64,000 nucleotides of DNA, taken from Lepidodermella squamata. Its lineage: Eukaryota > Animalia > Gastrotricha. A program made the translations under genes and the position numbers. Shown in pieces: positions 23,042-37,300 of the stretch. The stretch spans positions 2,666,001 to 2,730,000 of the forward strand of contig JBLDXI010000013.1 of assembly GCA_047495785.1 (NCBI GenBank), given 5' to 3'. Within the stretch, counting starts at the first letter, position 1. Every line of letters starts with the position of its first letter. The notes below the pieces were generated by a model. It did no database searches and was not told where the DNA came from. It saw only the letters and a list, made by a program, of their open reading frames with translations.

Positions 23042-24552
23042 TTATTTGCCACTGTAGTTGGTATATTTGTATATCAATGTAGGGTGTCGCGAAAGACGCG
23101 GGTGTTGATTTAGAACAAAAAGTACGTCAGAGAGTGTGGCTTTCCGCGCCCGCTGCGCTTGCTGTTGCGCGGCACGACCCGCCGATGCGCCGCCATCGTC
23201 TTCCGACGCCGCTGCTCCGGACGGCGGAGGTGTGTTGGCACTGGACTGGGCGTTCACTCCGGCAGCAGTTTTCGGATTGAGCCACCGGCGACTGAGACCG
23301 CCGATAGCAGCCATTGCTGTTTGGTTCGATTCGCGTGCTCGTACGGAGTCCTGCATAGCAAAAACAAACCCGATGAAATAAACTCATGAAAAAAGCTCCT
23401 AGGAGTGCCCAAATCAATTTATAGAATATTCTAAAAACCTGTGTGCGCTAATTATGCCCGAAAAAATTGGAGGAGCACTAGATTTGAGGGCGATTTCCAG
23501 ACAACACTTGATACACAATAATTTATTTTGTATTTTGAACGATTTCTATGCATATCCTCATCAGATTTTACGTTTCAAGCTAGAATATGGTGATTTCGCG
23601 TAAGGAAAACCAACCTGGTCCATAGCTTTACCGCCTTCGTGGGTCATTGTAGAAAGACGAGAGGTTCCGAGGGCGGCACTGACCACGGCGTTGGTTTCAT
23701 CGGTAGCGTTCGAAGGCTCTGCTCCGTTCGCGCTGGCCGTCACCGTGCGCAGGCCACCCGATAAATATTGCGACATCATTTTTTCTTCTACCTTTTCTAT
23801 CGCTTTCAACTGCGCTCTGATATCTCCAATTTGTTCGTACTTCGAGCCATCGGTCTAAAGCAATGCAGCATAAATTAGTAGAGTAACGAACTAGAAAACG
23901 GGCGTACCTTCAAGTTGTAAAGTCGATGGGCACACACAACGGCCACTTGCTCGACAAAATCTTTAAGGTAACTCTGAGTGGCTAGGGCTAAAATGTTAAC
24001 AACCGCAGACGCCGGCTCGTTCGCCCCGTTTTGCGAGGATGCGGGCGGCAATGAGAGGCCATTGGAAGCCACTAAAATGCAGCCATATACTTTTTTAGCA
24101 CACTGCCCTCAACGAGTTTAACCAGTAGTTTACCAATATGCTGCAGCCGCGCCACGACTGAGCCCGTGGGCTTCGAAGTCGGCGTCACCGAACCAGCGAC
24201 AAGCATCGGCTGCTCACGCGAGACCCGCGGTGGCGACTGGTTTGTCGCTCCGTGCCTTTGCCCGGGCGCGTTCGGTACCATCGACTGCCCTTGGTTGAAA
24301 GACTGGGGGTTACTCGACAGAATGGACCGACTCTCCTCGACCAAGTCAACCCCACTCATCGCCGCTACATCTGTGAGGTCAGGGTCACTATTCGAAAAAA
24401 CCAACGTAAACAAGCATTCCTAGAAAAAAATGACCAACTTCATCGGCTCCATTTTTACGCGGCGTTGCTGGGCACTAGACGCAGGCCGTTGAGGTGGCAT
24501 TAACGTCTGTTGAGGTTGAGGTTGATGCTGGGGCGGTTGCTGCTGCTGCTGT

Positions 24553-24584
<32 letters not shown>

Positions 24585-26105
24585 TTGGAGTAAGGGAGGC
24601 TGTTGCTGATGGTGCGGCATCATCGGTTGGCCTGATGAACGCACCGCCTGAGGCCTCGCGGCTAATAAGGAATGTTGCTGTTGCTGGGGTGCTAAAACAG
24701 ATTGAATGCCCTGAGGCTGCTGAGGTTGCTGCTGCTGTTGCTGCTGCTGCAGAGAATTCGGAACCCTGCTAGCGCCCGCAACTAACACGGCACCCTGTTG
24801 CTACAAATACAACTAGCTATATTTCAACCGCTTTTTATCGACAAAAATCACGCACCACCACGCCACCCTGAGTTATCCGAATTTGCGATACGCCGCCCTG
24901 TTGCCCCTGCATTTGATGTTGAGCAGAAATTTGCTGAAAGTGAAGCTGTTGCTGCTGTTGTTGCTGTTGTTGTTGCTGATGATGCTGCTGCTGCATTAAG
25001 TTAACTTGCTGTTGAGTTCTCACTACAGTTTGCGGCGTCGAACTCCTGCTAACCATTCCTCCGGGAGCTATCGCGGCATGCACCATATTGACTAACGTTG
25101 ACTGGTCGATTTGTGACTGAGATTCATCGCCAGTACGAACCACGATAGGAAACATTGTTTGTACATCACTAACAAAGGTAGCAGCTGTCTTGTGACCATT
25201 TTTTACTTCGTCTATGAGCCGAGAAATTTTGTTTCCAGCTTGAGGATCTTGCTTGGTAGCAATGGAAACTAGATCTGCCAGAAATTTTCGCCCACGACCA
25301 GCAAAATCATCAAAATTTGCCATTTGAGGTGGCGGTTGTTGATGCACAGAAGCAGGAGTCACAGGTTGTTGCTAGAGAAAAAATGACACAGTTAAATACC
25401 AGAGACATCCTGAAGCAGCTCATGTGAACGTGCCTTTATAATAACTGAAGGCGCTGAACGAGGAACGACGACATTTTGTTGATTGGTGTTAGAGCCTGAC
25501 TGGTGGATGGCGCTCGGAACCAACAAAACCTGGTTACCATTAATCTGCAGCACAGTCTAAAATAACAGTTGATCAATCAACAGTAACTAAAATGACGAAC
25601 TAACATTTTGAGGCAAGTTTTGGGGGAAAGACGTAATGAGCATTTGACGATTGCCGTTACCCGGCATAGTCGTCATTGGAAGCCGCTGAAGCTGGTTCGC
25701 AGGCACCACCACCTGCCGTACACCCTGAGACTGCAAGTTTTGTGGGATCATTCCTTGAATATACGCAACCGACTGCTGAGAATTCGGATGACGAGGCTGG
25801 GAGCTATTAACCGGCCGCTGAGCTACAATCGGAACGTTGGAATGTTGAAAGGCGTTTCCATGCGATTGTTGGGCATTGACGTATTGAAGAGTTACTTGCT
25901 GAGGATGGGAAGATTGTTGGCCACCTTGCATCATAACAGCATGTTGCTGGTTCGGATGATGAAGCATGGTTCCAGATGAACCTCGTTGCTCTCCGGAGCG
26001 TTTAATGGATTCCAACTGCGATTCCAAACCCCCGACAACATCTGAGAGCTTTTTCGAGTCGACGGAATTAGTCATATTGAGCAGTTCTTCTATTTGGGCC
26101 GACAT
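23042..26105 (-). CDS. TAF4: TFIID subunit TAF4 (Gln-rich, TAFH domain, histone fold), multi-exon
   Basis: TAFH-like GRKFLADLVSIA...KISRLIDEVKNG..TAATFVSDVQ; DLTDVAAMSGVDLVEES; VVNILALATQSYLKDFVEQV..CAHR; RARESNQTAMAAIG; RKATLSDVLFVL...LIYK. Confidence 0.9.
24537..24995 (-). repeat. CAG/CAA polyglutamine tracts within TAF4
   Basis: (TGC/TGT)n runs on the + strand near 24537-24587, 24727-24750 and 24946-24995. Confidence 0.9.
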
Positions 26106-29100
26106 TTTTAAGAGCTGGTCTAGGAAATAAACTAATTATAATTCAAAGAGTTTCAATAGAGCAATATTTCTCAAAGCAGATGACAAAGATCCAAGGGCTC
26201 AGAGCCGAGATAGCTAAGATTATTTTGCATTATAAAGGACATAACTGGCGTGATAATTATGGTTGCAAAACGAGAGCTTGCAACCGTCTCTCGTGCGCCT
26301 CCAATGACATTAGTTTTTCTAGGTTAGCGGGAATCGGCGATACGGAGTCACACGCATACCTCAGCACCCAAAGTACACCTGAAAATGGGCATTGATTGCG
26401 TCCTGACCTCTGCATGATGATTTGGATAGAGCTGAATAGACAAGGCAACTTATGACTTGTGACACGTTTATGGCGTAGTTTCCGCCAAGGAGGCGCCACA
26501 TGCGACGCCATCGCCGCTACCGAGAATTGGTTAAAACCTAGGTTGAAAGGAAACGAGGAGGCAGAGCGAGAACGGTGGAAGAAAAAGCAAAGCCAAAACA
26601 CAAAGGCGGCAATGCTAAACATGCGATTCATTAAGCGTTAAGCGTCTGGAGTTGTGATTCTTGATCACATTGTTATGACTTCAGCGTGCTGCTGTTTTCA
26701 GGCAACATGCTAACGTTGCGCGACTGAATATTTAGTAGTCAATGATTCGATCCAACCTTGAGTATTACCATCCATTTCATCATATGTAGGACATTTGTTC
26801 CCACTTCCGCCTGCAGCCTGCAGCCAGCAAAACGCAAAACAAGTTTTTTCGCAGAACATTATTGCTGAAAACCCAGAAGATAGCAACCCCTGTAGAATTT
26901 GACTATAGCCCTCTGAAACTCTAAAAGTTTCATCAAATAATTCTTGTATAGTATTATTTCATATGAGCAATACATAAAAAGTCATATAGACTTTAAACAA
27001 ATTTACTCTGTCAAAATCTAAAGTAAATTGAGTTTGGCGGGATCCATACCGATGAGGATTTTTTGCAATTATTTTCAGGGTTTGATGTGGTTCTTGGTTG
27101 GATTCTGCGTGGTAACTGTACTGTCCCCATTCAAATTCGCACATTTCTCATTTATAATGCTCGACCCAGGGACCAAAGTTGACTTGCCAACCGAGAAACG
27201 CTCAGAAAACCTACCCCGGCATTTAATTTGAGGCTAAAATCTGACATCATTTTTAGGCAGTGGGCAGTGTGTAGTACTTTCTCTAGGAGCCCTGAGCCCT
27301 GAGGTCTAAAGTTCTCCAAGTGTTGGGGCGGACATGATGGCTTGCTGGGAAGATTATAGAACTCCATAGAGTCACACCTTTGAATTTGCATTATCAGCGC
27401 TCAGCGTCCAATACATATGAGTTTCTCAGCTGGCAGCCTATGCATTATAGAATATTATTACGTTTGTCAGCATATTTCGCATTTAAGAGATCTGTAGCAT
27501 GCGTCAGGAGGATTAAGTCTTGAAGGATTGATGTTCTTGCTAATTACCAACAGAATTGTAGACTTGAATTGCTCGAAATTTCTACAAGAAATGTATCAGG
27601 TGGTGCAATGGAGAGCCTGTAACGTTTTTTTCCATGTTCAAAGCGTTACGCATTCATGGATCAGTGGTCAAGTGTCGTGCATCATGGAGTTTCAGGTGAA
27701 GTTATTTGTTGAAAGTTGAAAGCATGCGACGTCTGATATCCATGCCCACTGCTAATAATCAAAAGTTACGAAGAAATGCGGTTTTAAAATCACAACTTGC
27801 GGTTACGTTATGCCGGACGCAATATGATTGCTGTATTCATGGAAAATTGGGGTGGTACCTGTAGCTTAAAGAGAAACAGTTGCCCAGATTACCAATTGCA
27901 AACGATTCAATTTATCCGGCTTCTACTCTAAATCTGGATAAAATGTGTTTGTTCTGTCCGTAGTTTTAGCATCTCAGTGGTTCGGTGGAATGGTTTTGGC
28001 GCGCATCACATCTTTGGAAGATTTCTTAAAACACCAACACTAAAAACCACCAGAATTTTTTACGTTGTATGCATTGGTGTCTCATACTATGTACTATTTT
28101 TAGCTATTGAGATTTTCAAAACTATTTTGCTACCACTAGTTTGGTGTTCTCGCCCGTCCCATATTGCAGTGGATGTTCGCGCAGTTTAGCCGGATTGTGC
28201 CATGTTGAGGACATTTGCTGCCTAAGACCTAAGACGTGGTTTTTGCCGCTGTCGCTGCATTACTTGCTAGTTTTCTCTTTTTCTCAGCAGATTTTGATTG
28301 CGCCATTAGAGCACCAAGAACAGCCTGTAATCTGCATGTTTCTCTTCCAGTGTCTTTCATTAGTGTTCCTGCTGGCTTTAAGCGATAAGAGCATGATCAT
28401 TCTTTTCAGAAAGAGAAATAGAAGAGTAGTACCGTATCTGGGAAGAAAATCATAACGGATTGCCAACTTATCAGTGCATTACATGTTTGGCGTCGGGCGC
28501 AGCGCAACAAATTTGAATTTCTCTGAATTTGGTGAACGATTCTTTTCGCTCCCCGGCTGGACTAACGTTCGTATAGAAAGGTCGTGGTGGAATATTACTA
28601 ACTTCACACCACAAGTTCCTTTGTTCGAATCTATTTTTTGTCTTCTTTGAATAGTGTGGTTGAACTGTTTATGTTACCTAGACATTATTTACAATGTTTG
28701 AAATATCGGTATCCGGCTGTTAAACTATTCTGCGTCAACGAAATGAACGTTCTTCTGGTAAGCTATTTTTTTTAGTTGCTTCGCAATACATGGAAGATGG
28801 TGTGTTAACGTTGTTGTAGTGTTGCCTGAAAATGGCTGTAGACTGTTACATGATGCCTTATTCGGCTACATGCGGACAACGCATTCACTGTGTCCCATTA
28901 AATTTCGGGTGCTCTGTGGAACAAATTTGTAAAGATTACTCGGCCCTAAATATTGTGTCTTGTGAGCTGCCTGCGTTAGATCGATTAGAAAATCTGGCAA
29001 AAACTGAAATCACATTGCGAGTCTTTCTTTATACAAGTCACGACGAGTCACGGTTTTTTCTGGGTTTTTTTGAGGTGCTTTGCGTAATATCCGTGGTATT

Positions 29101-31326
29101 TCCTTGTTGTTTTATCGATTTTTTTTACGATGTCGGCATTCGGCTTTGAGGCGGCCACAGAAGCGTATAATATTATGCTTTTGCGGCTATTTCAACTCGA
29201 TATATTTTGAGCGCTAGGTTTGCCGATAGTTGTGGTCCTGTCCCTCGCGACTCTGCATGCCTCCCCAATAAATTTGATGGATTAGCAGAACATCATTGCG
29301 CCATTATTGTCGCCGTGAAAGATGCGTAGCGTAGCATCGTCCTTATTTTTCGTTATTTGGCTTGGCTTTTTGAATATCGGAAGCTCCAATTTGTTTAACA
29401 AATCTAAACATACTTAGTCGATAAGGCAGTTGAATTTTTTTCAAATTTATCTCAGTGCCAAAACAATACAGGAATGATCGATAGACATTGAGTCGCGATT
29501 ACGAGCGGCTCATTTACCATCGCCAGATCATGACGTAATAAGCGAAGGGTCGTCTTCGAGGTTTTAACGTCGCGAATGTCTCGCTAAGTGCGAAATCTTA
29601 CTAACAAAACCTCGAAAATTGAGCTTCAAAATCTTCGCCCGATTAAAACCATGACACTGTATCGCAAGCAAAGCGGCGAGAATTTGAGACGCCTGAACTA
29701 TTACGTACGATCAAGTAAGTGATATGACCCGGGATGATTGTATCACATTAGCAGTCGTCCTTATATGTTTCGTGTTGTAATTTGGCACTTTCTGTTTGAA
29801 TCACTACTTTTCCACCCGCTAGTCTCTAGTTGTGACGTTTTTTTATGGCCGGTGAAATAATAATTATTGGTGGATTTTTTATTGCTTGGTTAGGTTATGC
29901 TAATTTTCCAAAGAGTTATGTAGCCTACTATTCTATTCACGTTCAATTTTTCCAAGGTTAAGGGTGCAGAAATTTCAAATTTCATAATCATCACGCTTAT
30001 TATTCACCTGATTCTCGCATTAAGAAGACTGTTTGTCAATGTGTAAATAACTAGCAGTAAGCGTATGATGACTGGTGGCGGTACTAGGGCTAAATTTCTT
30101 ATCATAGTACGCTCCGCCGCGGCTTTCGTGCAAACATTTCTTCATCGCGGTATACCCATATATATTAATCCAGCTATAACGATAAGAATAAAGCGCTCAT
30201 TTAGCTAGTGTTTTCTGTGCATGAACCATGCTGCTTTTGTATGGCGATTAATACTGGTAATCACCATAGTTCTATAAACGGAGCTTACGTTGTTTTCGGC
30301 AGCGAGGATGACACGGAAGTGGAACAGGTGATTGAAATGACAGCCACCCCGCTACCTGTAGCCACTCGTCCGCGTCAGCTTCAGTTTGCTGAAAGCGCCA
30401 CTGACGAAGCCCCGATCGAGTCATGCGACCAGCAGCAGTTGATAGATAGTTCGGACGAAGATGTTCGAAACGATGCTGAAGTAGTCCAACAGTACGCTGG
30501 CATCCTTTCGGGTAATATTATCGCTTAATTTACGCTTTTTCTATATACAAAACGTAAGAATAGGACATCAATCTTTTAGGTTATTTGCGATTGATTATAA
30601 TAACTTCTCTTGCAATATGAAATTATCACTGATCGATTATGTAAATTCCCGAGGGATCCCGTATAAATTTAACAAGTCGAGACAACACGCTTGCCGTTCG
30701 TGTCGGCGGAAGTGTTATATACTAGCATCGATTTGCCACTGCTATCACGCGCGTTCTATTTAGAACTAGCGAAGAAAAAATTTGCTGGCCGTTTCTTGGC
30801 TTTTTTCTTTTTATTTCATCAAGCGTGCCTGAGGGCCATTCGATAGATGCTACGCATTTTTTGCGTCTTCGCTAATTTTGCAGTCACCGCATTTTTTTTA
30901 ATTTTTCTTAAGTTTAGCACTAAAAGTAGTTTTATTTTCCTAATAATGATTATAATGACGATGTCGTCAGTGCTTAGGACCACGTGTTTTCATTGCTCGT
31001 CGCGGTATGAGGGTCGTAAATAACGCAAACATAGTTAAGAGAAACTACACTACAATGCGTAACTTGGCGTCTCTAGTCCGAATCACCGATTTGGCGGGGC
31101 ACACTGCTATCGTTGCCTTTGCTGTTGATAAAGGTTTGTCGCTGCTGCACTCTACTACGCACGCTCTGACCCACGTTGTTTTTGTGTCGGTGTCATTTCC
31201 TTTTTTATGATGCATTAATCACCAGTAGCTTTAATTCCGTCCCTATCTCTAAAAATGCTTTCTTATAAAACAGAACTGGTGGCAGCTACCCAAATAGTCA
31301 AACGTGTGCAGGATCAAAACGGAAAA

Positions 31327-34300
31327 ATGCAGTTGAAGGCAGCAGTCGTCTTTATTATTTTCGTTTTTATACTACCCTTGTGCCTTCTAGCAGGTAAGAT
31401 TCAAATATTTGCTTAAATCAAATCCACCTTAATCATTTGAATATTTGTTTTAGCCTGCATATTTCGCTTCAACTTCACATCGTTTATTTATTTCGTCTTT
31501 CTACTGGCATTGCCTTTTATTGATTCGCCAGTCTCTAGTTCCCTTCGCGGTAAGAAATTCGATTCCAACCCGAGGTAAACAATTCTTAACGTTTTTTTAC
31601 AGGTAATCATTGTCTCAAATTCGTCATATTTCTCACCGTGCTGAGCGGTGCTGCCGTAGGCGGTCAGATTTTGCTCGAAGTTTTGATCGCACTGAAAGTG
31701 TTGAGTTTATCCAAAGACTTGGTAGGATGTAAGTTTAATCTTAGGACCCATCAAGAAACGGCTCAACATCCCGCGTTTTTCAATCTAGGTTCTCCAACGG
31801 AGTCTTTAATTCGTCAAATGGGATTTGTGAGCTATCAATACCCAGGCGTGGAGGCTGTGGATGTCGTCCGCCTCTTTTTGCCTGATCTCGCTGTTTGCAT
31901 AGCTTCGACGACCCTGCTCATTCTCATTCGATGCGTTCTTCCATCAGACAAGAATGTGAGCGCATATTCGCGGCAGGGTTCTTTAAGGCAATCGCAAGCA
32001 ACTGCCGGCAGTCAGTTGGTGTCAGGATCCACGGCGACTTTGCGCCGTAATCGGGCTCAAACAACCAGTCAAAACCAGGTTAATCTACCCGAAGTTCGAA
32101 CCACCGGCAGTATCATGGAATTCGGAATCGTCATCGTGAAATTTATCAATTTCATGCTAATCATGGCTTGTGCAACCGCCGCGCCCTCTGTAATGACGTC
32201 GCCGTACTTATTACTAACCCTGTTAATGGGCACGTTATGGGCGTTCCGTCGACCGATCGACCCGGGTGAAACGGTTTCGTTGAAAGTGGTCACATTTGTG
32301 TACCTAATCGCACACATGACCGTGCTATACCTGTACCAGTTTCCGTTCATTCGGGGTCAGTTGGATCCGACCTCTTTTGCAAGTCGTCTCGTCGGCTTCA
32401 TGGCGATAACTGATACAAATTGCGTCCAACCACCGACTAAACTGCTGCTTGAGAGTGATTTGGGCTACTCGGAAATCGCGTTACCAATATTTTTGATTGC
32501 TACTTATGCGTTTATGGCGTTTCGTCATAAAATCGCGAATTATTACGCGAATTTACCTGTCCACGTCGCACGAGGTACAGTGACTGAAAGACCCCGGGCT
32601 CAAACTACTCTCCCACCCCCGGTTCACTCATCTCGCCCTGCTGACATGACGAGATCAGGCCGATCTGCAACTGTAGCTGGTCGTATTCAACAGAGAGTCC
32701 CAACTCCATTACCCGAGGAAAATGAAGAAACAATGCGGTTGATCGCAAATGAGAACAACGCCGGCCCGAGTAGTGTCGGCGATGCGAGTTCATCATCTGC
32801 GAATTCGCAAAATGCAACGAATGGGCTCAAACGAGATACGAGCCCTGACCATTCAAGCGAATCGCCAGTTTCTCGACCATTTCACTTTCTACCTTTCATC
32901 CCGGACGCGGCAACTAAAATTTTCCGTCGGGGCGAATCAGCCTTCCTGCCCCCGATTTCGCCACCGCCGCCTCAATACAAACTGAGCCCTATGGACACGC
33001 TGTATTCGCTATTCAGCGCGTATTCCTACGTATTTTCCCTGCTATCGATGATGACTTGGTCGGTGACCCACTTCAGCATTTTGACCCTGGTGCTACTAGT
33101 TGCCGCCTGCATATTGTGGATGGTGCCGAATTCACGTCGTGCTTGTGTGATCGTGTCTCCGCTCATTGTTTTGTACGCAAAAATTTTGATTGCGATCGCA
33201 TTCGTCTACGGCATCAACCTAACCGAAGTGGAGCTCAAGTCTTACAAAGAGATTGGCCTCGTTCGCTACGGCACGTCTCATCCCGGCATGCTCGCTGCTG
33301 AGCTACTATATCTATTCCCGTTCTGGCTGCTTTTACGCCAGAGGATCGATAAATACCTGGCAAGTGGCAATCTGAACATGCCGATGACGACGTCTGCCGA
33401 TACCGCGGATGCCGTCACTAAAGCTATTCAAATGCTTCTAGTCACGACGGCGATCAGCGAGAAAAAAGCGATCGGCTCACAAGTCGAGCTCAATCGCTTC
33501 GTATTAAAAGTCATTACGTTTTTCCTCGACCAGCTCAGTGTCTATTGGATATTTCTGTGTTTCATCATGGTTCTTATCCAGGCCTGCACCGGCCCGACGA
33601 CGATAATTAATTTCGTGTACATGGTCATCTTCTTGGCGACGAGTTTCTTCTTCATACTCTCGTTCAGAATATGGCGGCGTCTGTTGTTCATAACCTGCTG
33701 GTTCCTTAGCTTGTACTCAATGACAGTGCTGTTGAGTATTTACATCTACCAATTCGAGGCGGTTGAAAACTGGCTCGATGTCAATTCTACCAGCCATTTG
33801 TGGAAAGATTTAGGCCTTAACAAATACAACACCGCCCCAGCTTTATTTCAAGCACTCATTCTCCCTGTCCTATCTCTAATGGTGCTTGTCCTGCAACTTC
33901 AATTTTTCCATCAAAAATTGCTGAAAATGACAGAATGCGTTGTCCCGAAACGGCACTCGACGCATTCGGATGACGACGTCGCCAGTAATTCGGGCGTCTC
34001 GGCGAGTCATGACAGCCACGATATAGCTGGCAATTTGAAAGACGAGCCGCTTATCGACGCCGACTGGTGGCGTAAATTTTCAGCTGTTTTCGCCATGTTC
34101 TTACACTACACATGGCGGATGTTGGACGTGCACATGTTCAAAGTCGTTATGATCTTCTCAGCATGTTTGGCCATCGTTCAATCCACTGCTGTTAACATGC
34201 CCATGTTTTTCGCTGTTGTTTCCTTATTACCGCTAATGGTTCGCTACAACCGCAAAGGACCTGGAATCATCTCAGCCGTGGTCTATCTTGGCGTGTGTTT

Positions 34301-37300
34301 CGCCGTCATTTTCAAGGTAATTTTTTAATTATTGATTTCGAGTTTATTTTGACCGTAATGTTTTTTTCAGATGGGTTACCAGTTGAACATGGTCAAAACT
34401 TACAGCCCGATTTTCGTTGAAAACTGTACAGTCTACGACCCGTCCAGCAATTCTACCAAAATCGTCGAGCAATCTTTGATCGAGTGGCTCGGCCTTGAAC
34501 AATCAAATAACATGTTGAGCTACCTTCAGCTCTATGTCGTGCTCATCATCTTATTCTTGGTTCAGCAGGTAGAATTTTGCGGTATTTTGAAGAACATTTT
34601 ATTCAGCTGATTTTTATAGATCATAAGCGTACATCAAAAAGTCGTTTATTGCAAACTCGAAATTGAACCTCCATCTTATGGAGTTGTCTTCCCGCAAATC
34701 AGTCGGAAGGATGCAGATAAATCTGTCTCCGACTTGCTAATGTACTTTGTCAACTACGGCTTCTACAAATTTGGCCTGGAAATCACCTGGGTTTCTACGA
34801 CAATTGTCATTGCAACTCGTCTGGATTCATTTTCGCTCATCTACGCAATTCCATTGGTTGCCCAGTTGTGGATGCCGCGGCGAGTTTGCGCGCGATTCTA
34901 CCCGTTCTACGTATTTTCGCTCGTGATATTACTGCTGGGCCAGTATTGCGCTTGTGTTGGCTTTCCATTCTATTTCACATGTGGTACCTACCCTTGGGAA
35001 GAATTGGACCAACAACTTCGTTTATGGCTCATGCTGCCACTGAGCGTCAAATCAAGTGACTTCAATTGCACGAAGCTAATTGGTAAACAAAATTTTTCGA
35101 TTGCTTTCAATTACGGTATGATTTGTTGTTTTTAAGGCGATTTCATGCAGTTACTTTTGGCTACTTGTCAACTATCAGTTTTCCGCACTGAAGCGCAACA
35201 TGGCGCTACCTATGCTGGAGGAGACAATTCGGACGCTTTGCCAAATATCGAGTTGTATTACAACAATCCAGTTCATGATTTCATTAGCGAGAAAAAGTTA
35301 GTTTTTTGTTTGATAATTGCTTGTGAAAATCACCTGGATTAACGCGCTTTTAATCGCTTCAGTAAACGCGGGTAAGAAAGCGTGACGGGTAATAATAGTC
35401 ACCTTTTCACGTAAAATCAACCCCAATTTTAACATAAACCCTTTCAAATAATTTATTAAACCTTCAGCGAATCGAAGTGCACAACTTTAATTTTGCTTTT
35501 CTTGAATTATTTTGTTCAGATCACTGCTTGACGAGCTCAAAGCCGTCGTGTTTGAGCTAATGTTCTGGATCACGATTTTGGTGTTATTCGGCGCCGGCGT
35601 CAGCGAGGTCAACGTGTTTTCGCTGATCTATCTCATCGTTTGCTTCATCCTGCTATGGTACGGCCAAAGTCTGCTGATCAAACCGATCGACCAGTTGATC
35701 AAAACTTGGCACATCATATTAGCGCTGAATGTCTTCGTTATCATCGTCAAAGCAGGCCTGCAACTTCTGGCTTGCATGGAAACAGGGCCTAATTTCCTAC
35801 CTGCCGACGATAAAAATTCTTGTAACATTCGCCAAGTTTTCGACTTGGTCTGTATATCACCGTCTCTGAAGAACACTGCACCCCTTCAGAGTAAGTATTT
35901 TTTCGGAAAAAATGTGGGTGGATAATGGATGATTTATTTCTTTAGCCTGTGCTGCGTTACTGCCAAGCCGTTCGCCTCTCGCGTCCGATATAGCTGCTTT
36001 TGTTTTCCTGCTGATCATGAAACGCCTCTACCGGTCCTACTACTTCCAACACGTCGTTCGCGACTTTGATATTCAGTCCTCTCTTGCCTCCCTCGGGGCT
36101 AGTTTGATCATGCACCGGCAACAGGAGCAGTTGAAACGAGAGCGCGAGGCCGAGCGCAAGCGTGTCGATAAGATTCGAACGAAAATCGAGCGCATCCGGC
36201 AGCGCCAGAACATGTCGATGGCACAGCGCGAGAAAATGCAGAGTGCGTTGGGTGGAGCGTTGGACGCGCCTGATCAAGCGGCGACCATCGTGAGACCGGA
36301 GCCTGATCACTACCGGGTAATTCGCGGTGGTGACTACATTATGTTTGACGAGAAAGAAAGCGATGAGGAAGACCCGGCCGCACTTTTGGGTGGCCGGTCT
36401 GCTAGCGCTTTGCAAGCGGCGTCAAAAATAGAAAAGACACCAATTGACGTAAGTTTTACTACTCTTAATAATTATTTATGTTATAATTTTGTGTTGTGTT
36501 CTAATTGATTTCATAACCCTCACTTGAAGGTCATAAGGGAAATCGTTAAATTTTACGCGCCCATATTGCGCCGCTGGGGTTTTGTTTGGCGAAGGAGGCT
36601 GACTCGCCCCTTTCTCAACAAAAAGAATGTCGCGGCTTTTAACCGCACGCGTTGCGATTCAGAATTCGATGACAATGTAAACATGATCGGCGGAATTTGT
36701 CTTGTTTTTTAACAATCACCACATATTGCTTCGATAGAGTTCGAAATTCTAACTGGAATGCATCGTCAGCTTGAGAATGAAACTAAAAAAATTAATCCTC
36801 AGATTGTTGAGGTGGATTTTAATGGAATCTGTTATTTTCCAACAGGTTATTGCGGACACCGTTATGAAGAAGCAGCCCTCTCAAGCCGTAACAACTTCGA
36901 TGACTCACCTACCCCGAGTCGTTAGTATGAGCATGTCGTCTGGCCCTCCTCCAGTATCGCCTATCGCCGGAGCTCATGGCGAGGCTGCGGTCCAACTCCA
37001 CTTTGCACCGGGCGAAACTCAAGCTGCCGCTGATACGCTACCCATTCATCCGACGACGACTTCTGAGCCTCCAAGCGGTGGGGACGGTCTTCGGCGCCGC
37101 GTTAGGACGCCATCAGGTAGCAGTGGACAGCCTGGTCTTGTAACGAGCCAAGCCCCATCGAGCGATATTGACTACATCAGCGAAGTTGTCGAACCAGGAG
37201 ATGACGGCGGTAGTGACCAGGGTGATGGAGATGACGAAAATCAAGGGTTGAACAACACCGGAACATCATCATCGAGTTGGCGCGATAACGTGAAAAACGC

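Noticed and set aside
27150-28470. Possible decayed LTR integrase or transposase remnant on the minus strand
   Set aside because: Faint resemblance only, multiple stops and no termini; needs a translated search.
31729-31788. Stop-free 60-nt segment inside the 896-aa Piezo ORF (similar case at 19659-19712 in the PHGDH-like gene)
   Set aside because: Strong GTAAG and AG sites with modal length indicate ordinary introns; stop-free 3n short introns occur by chance.
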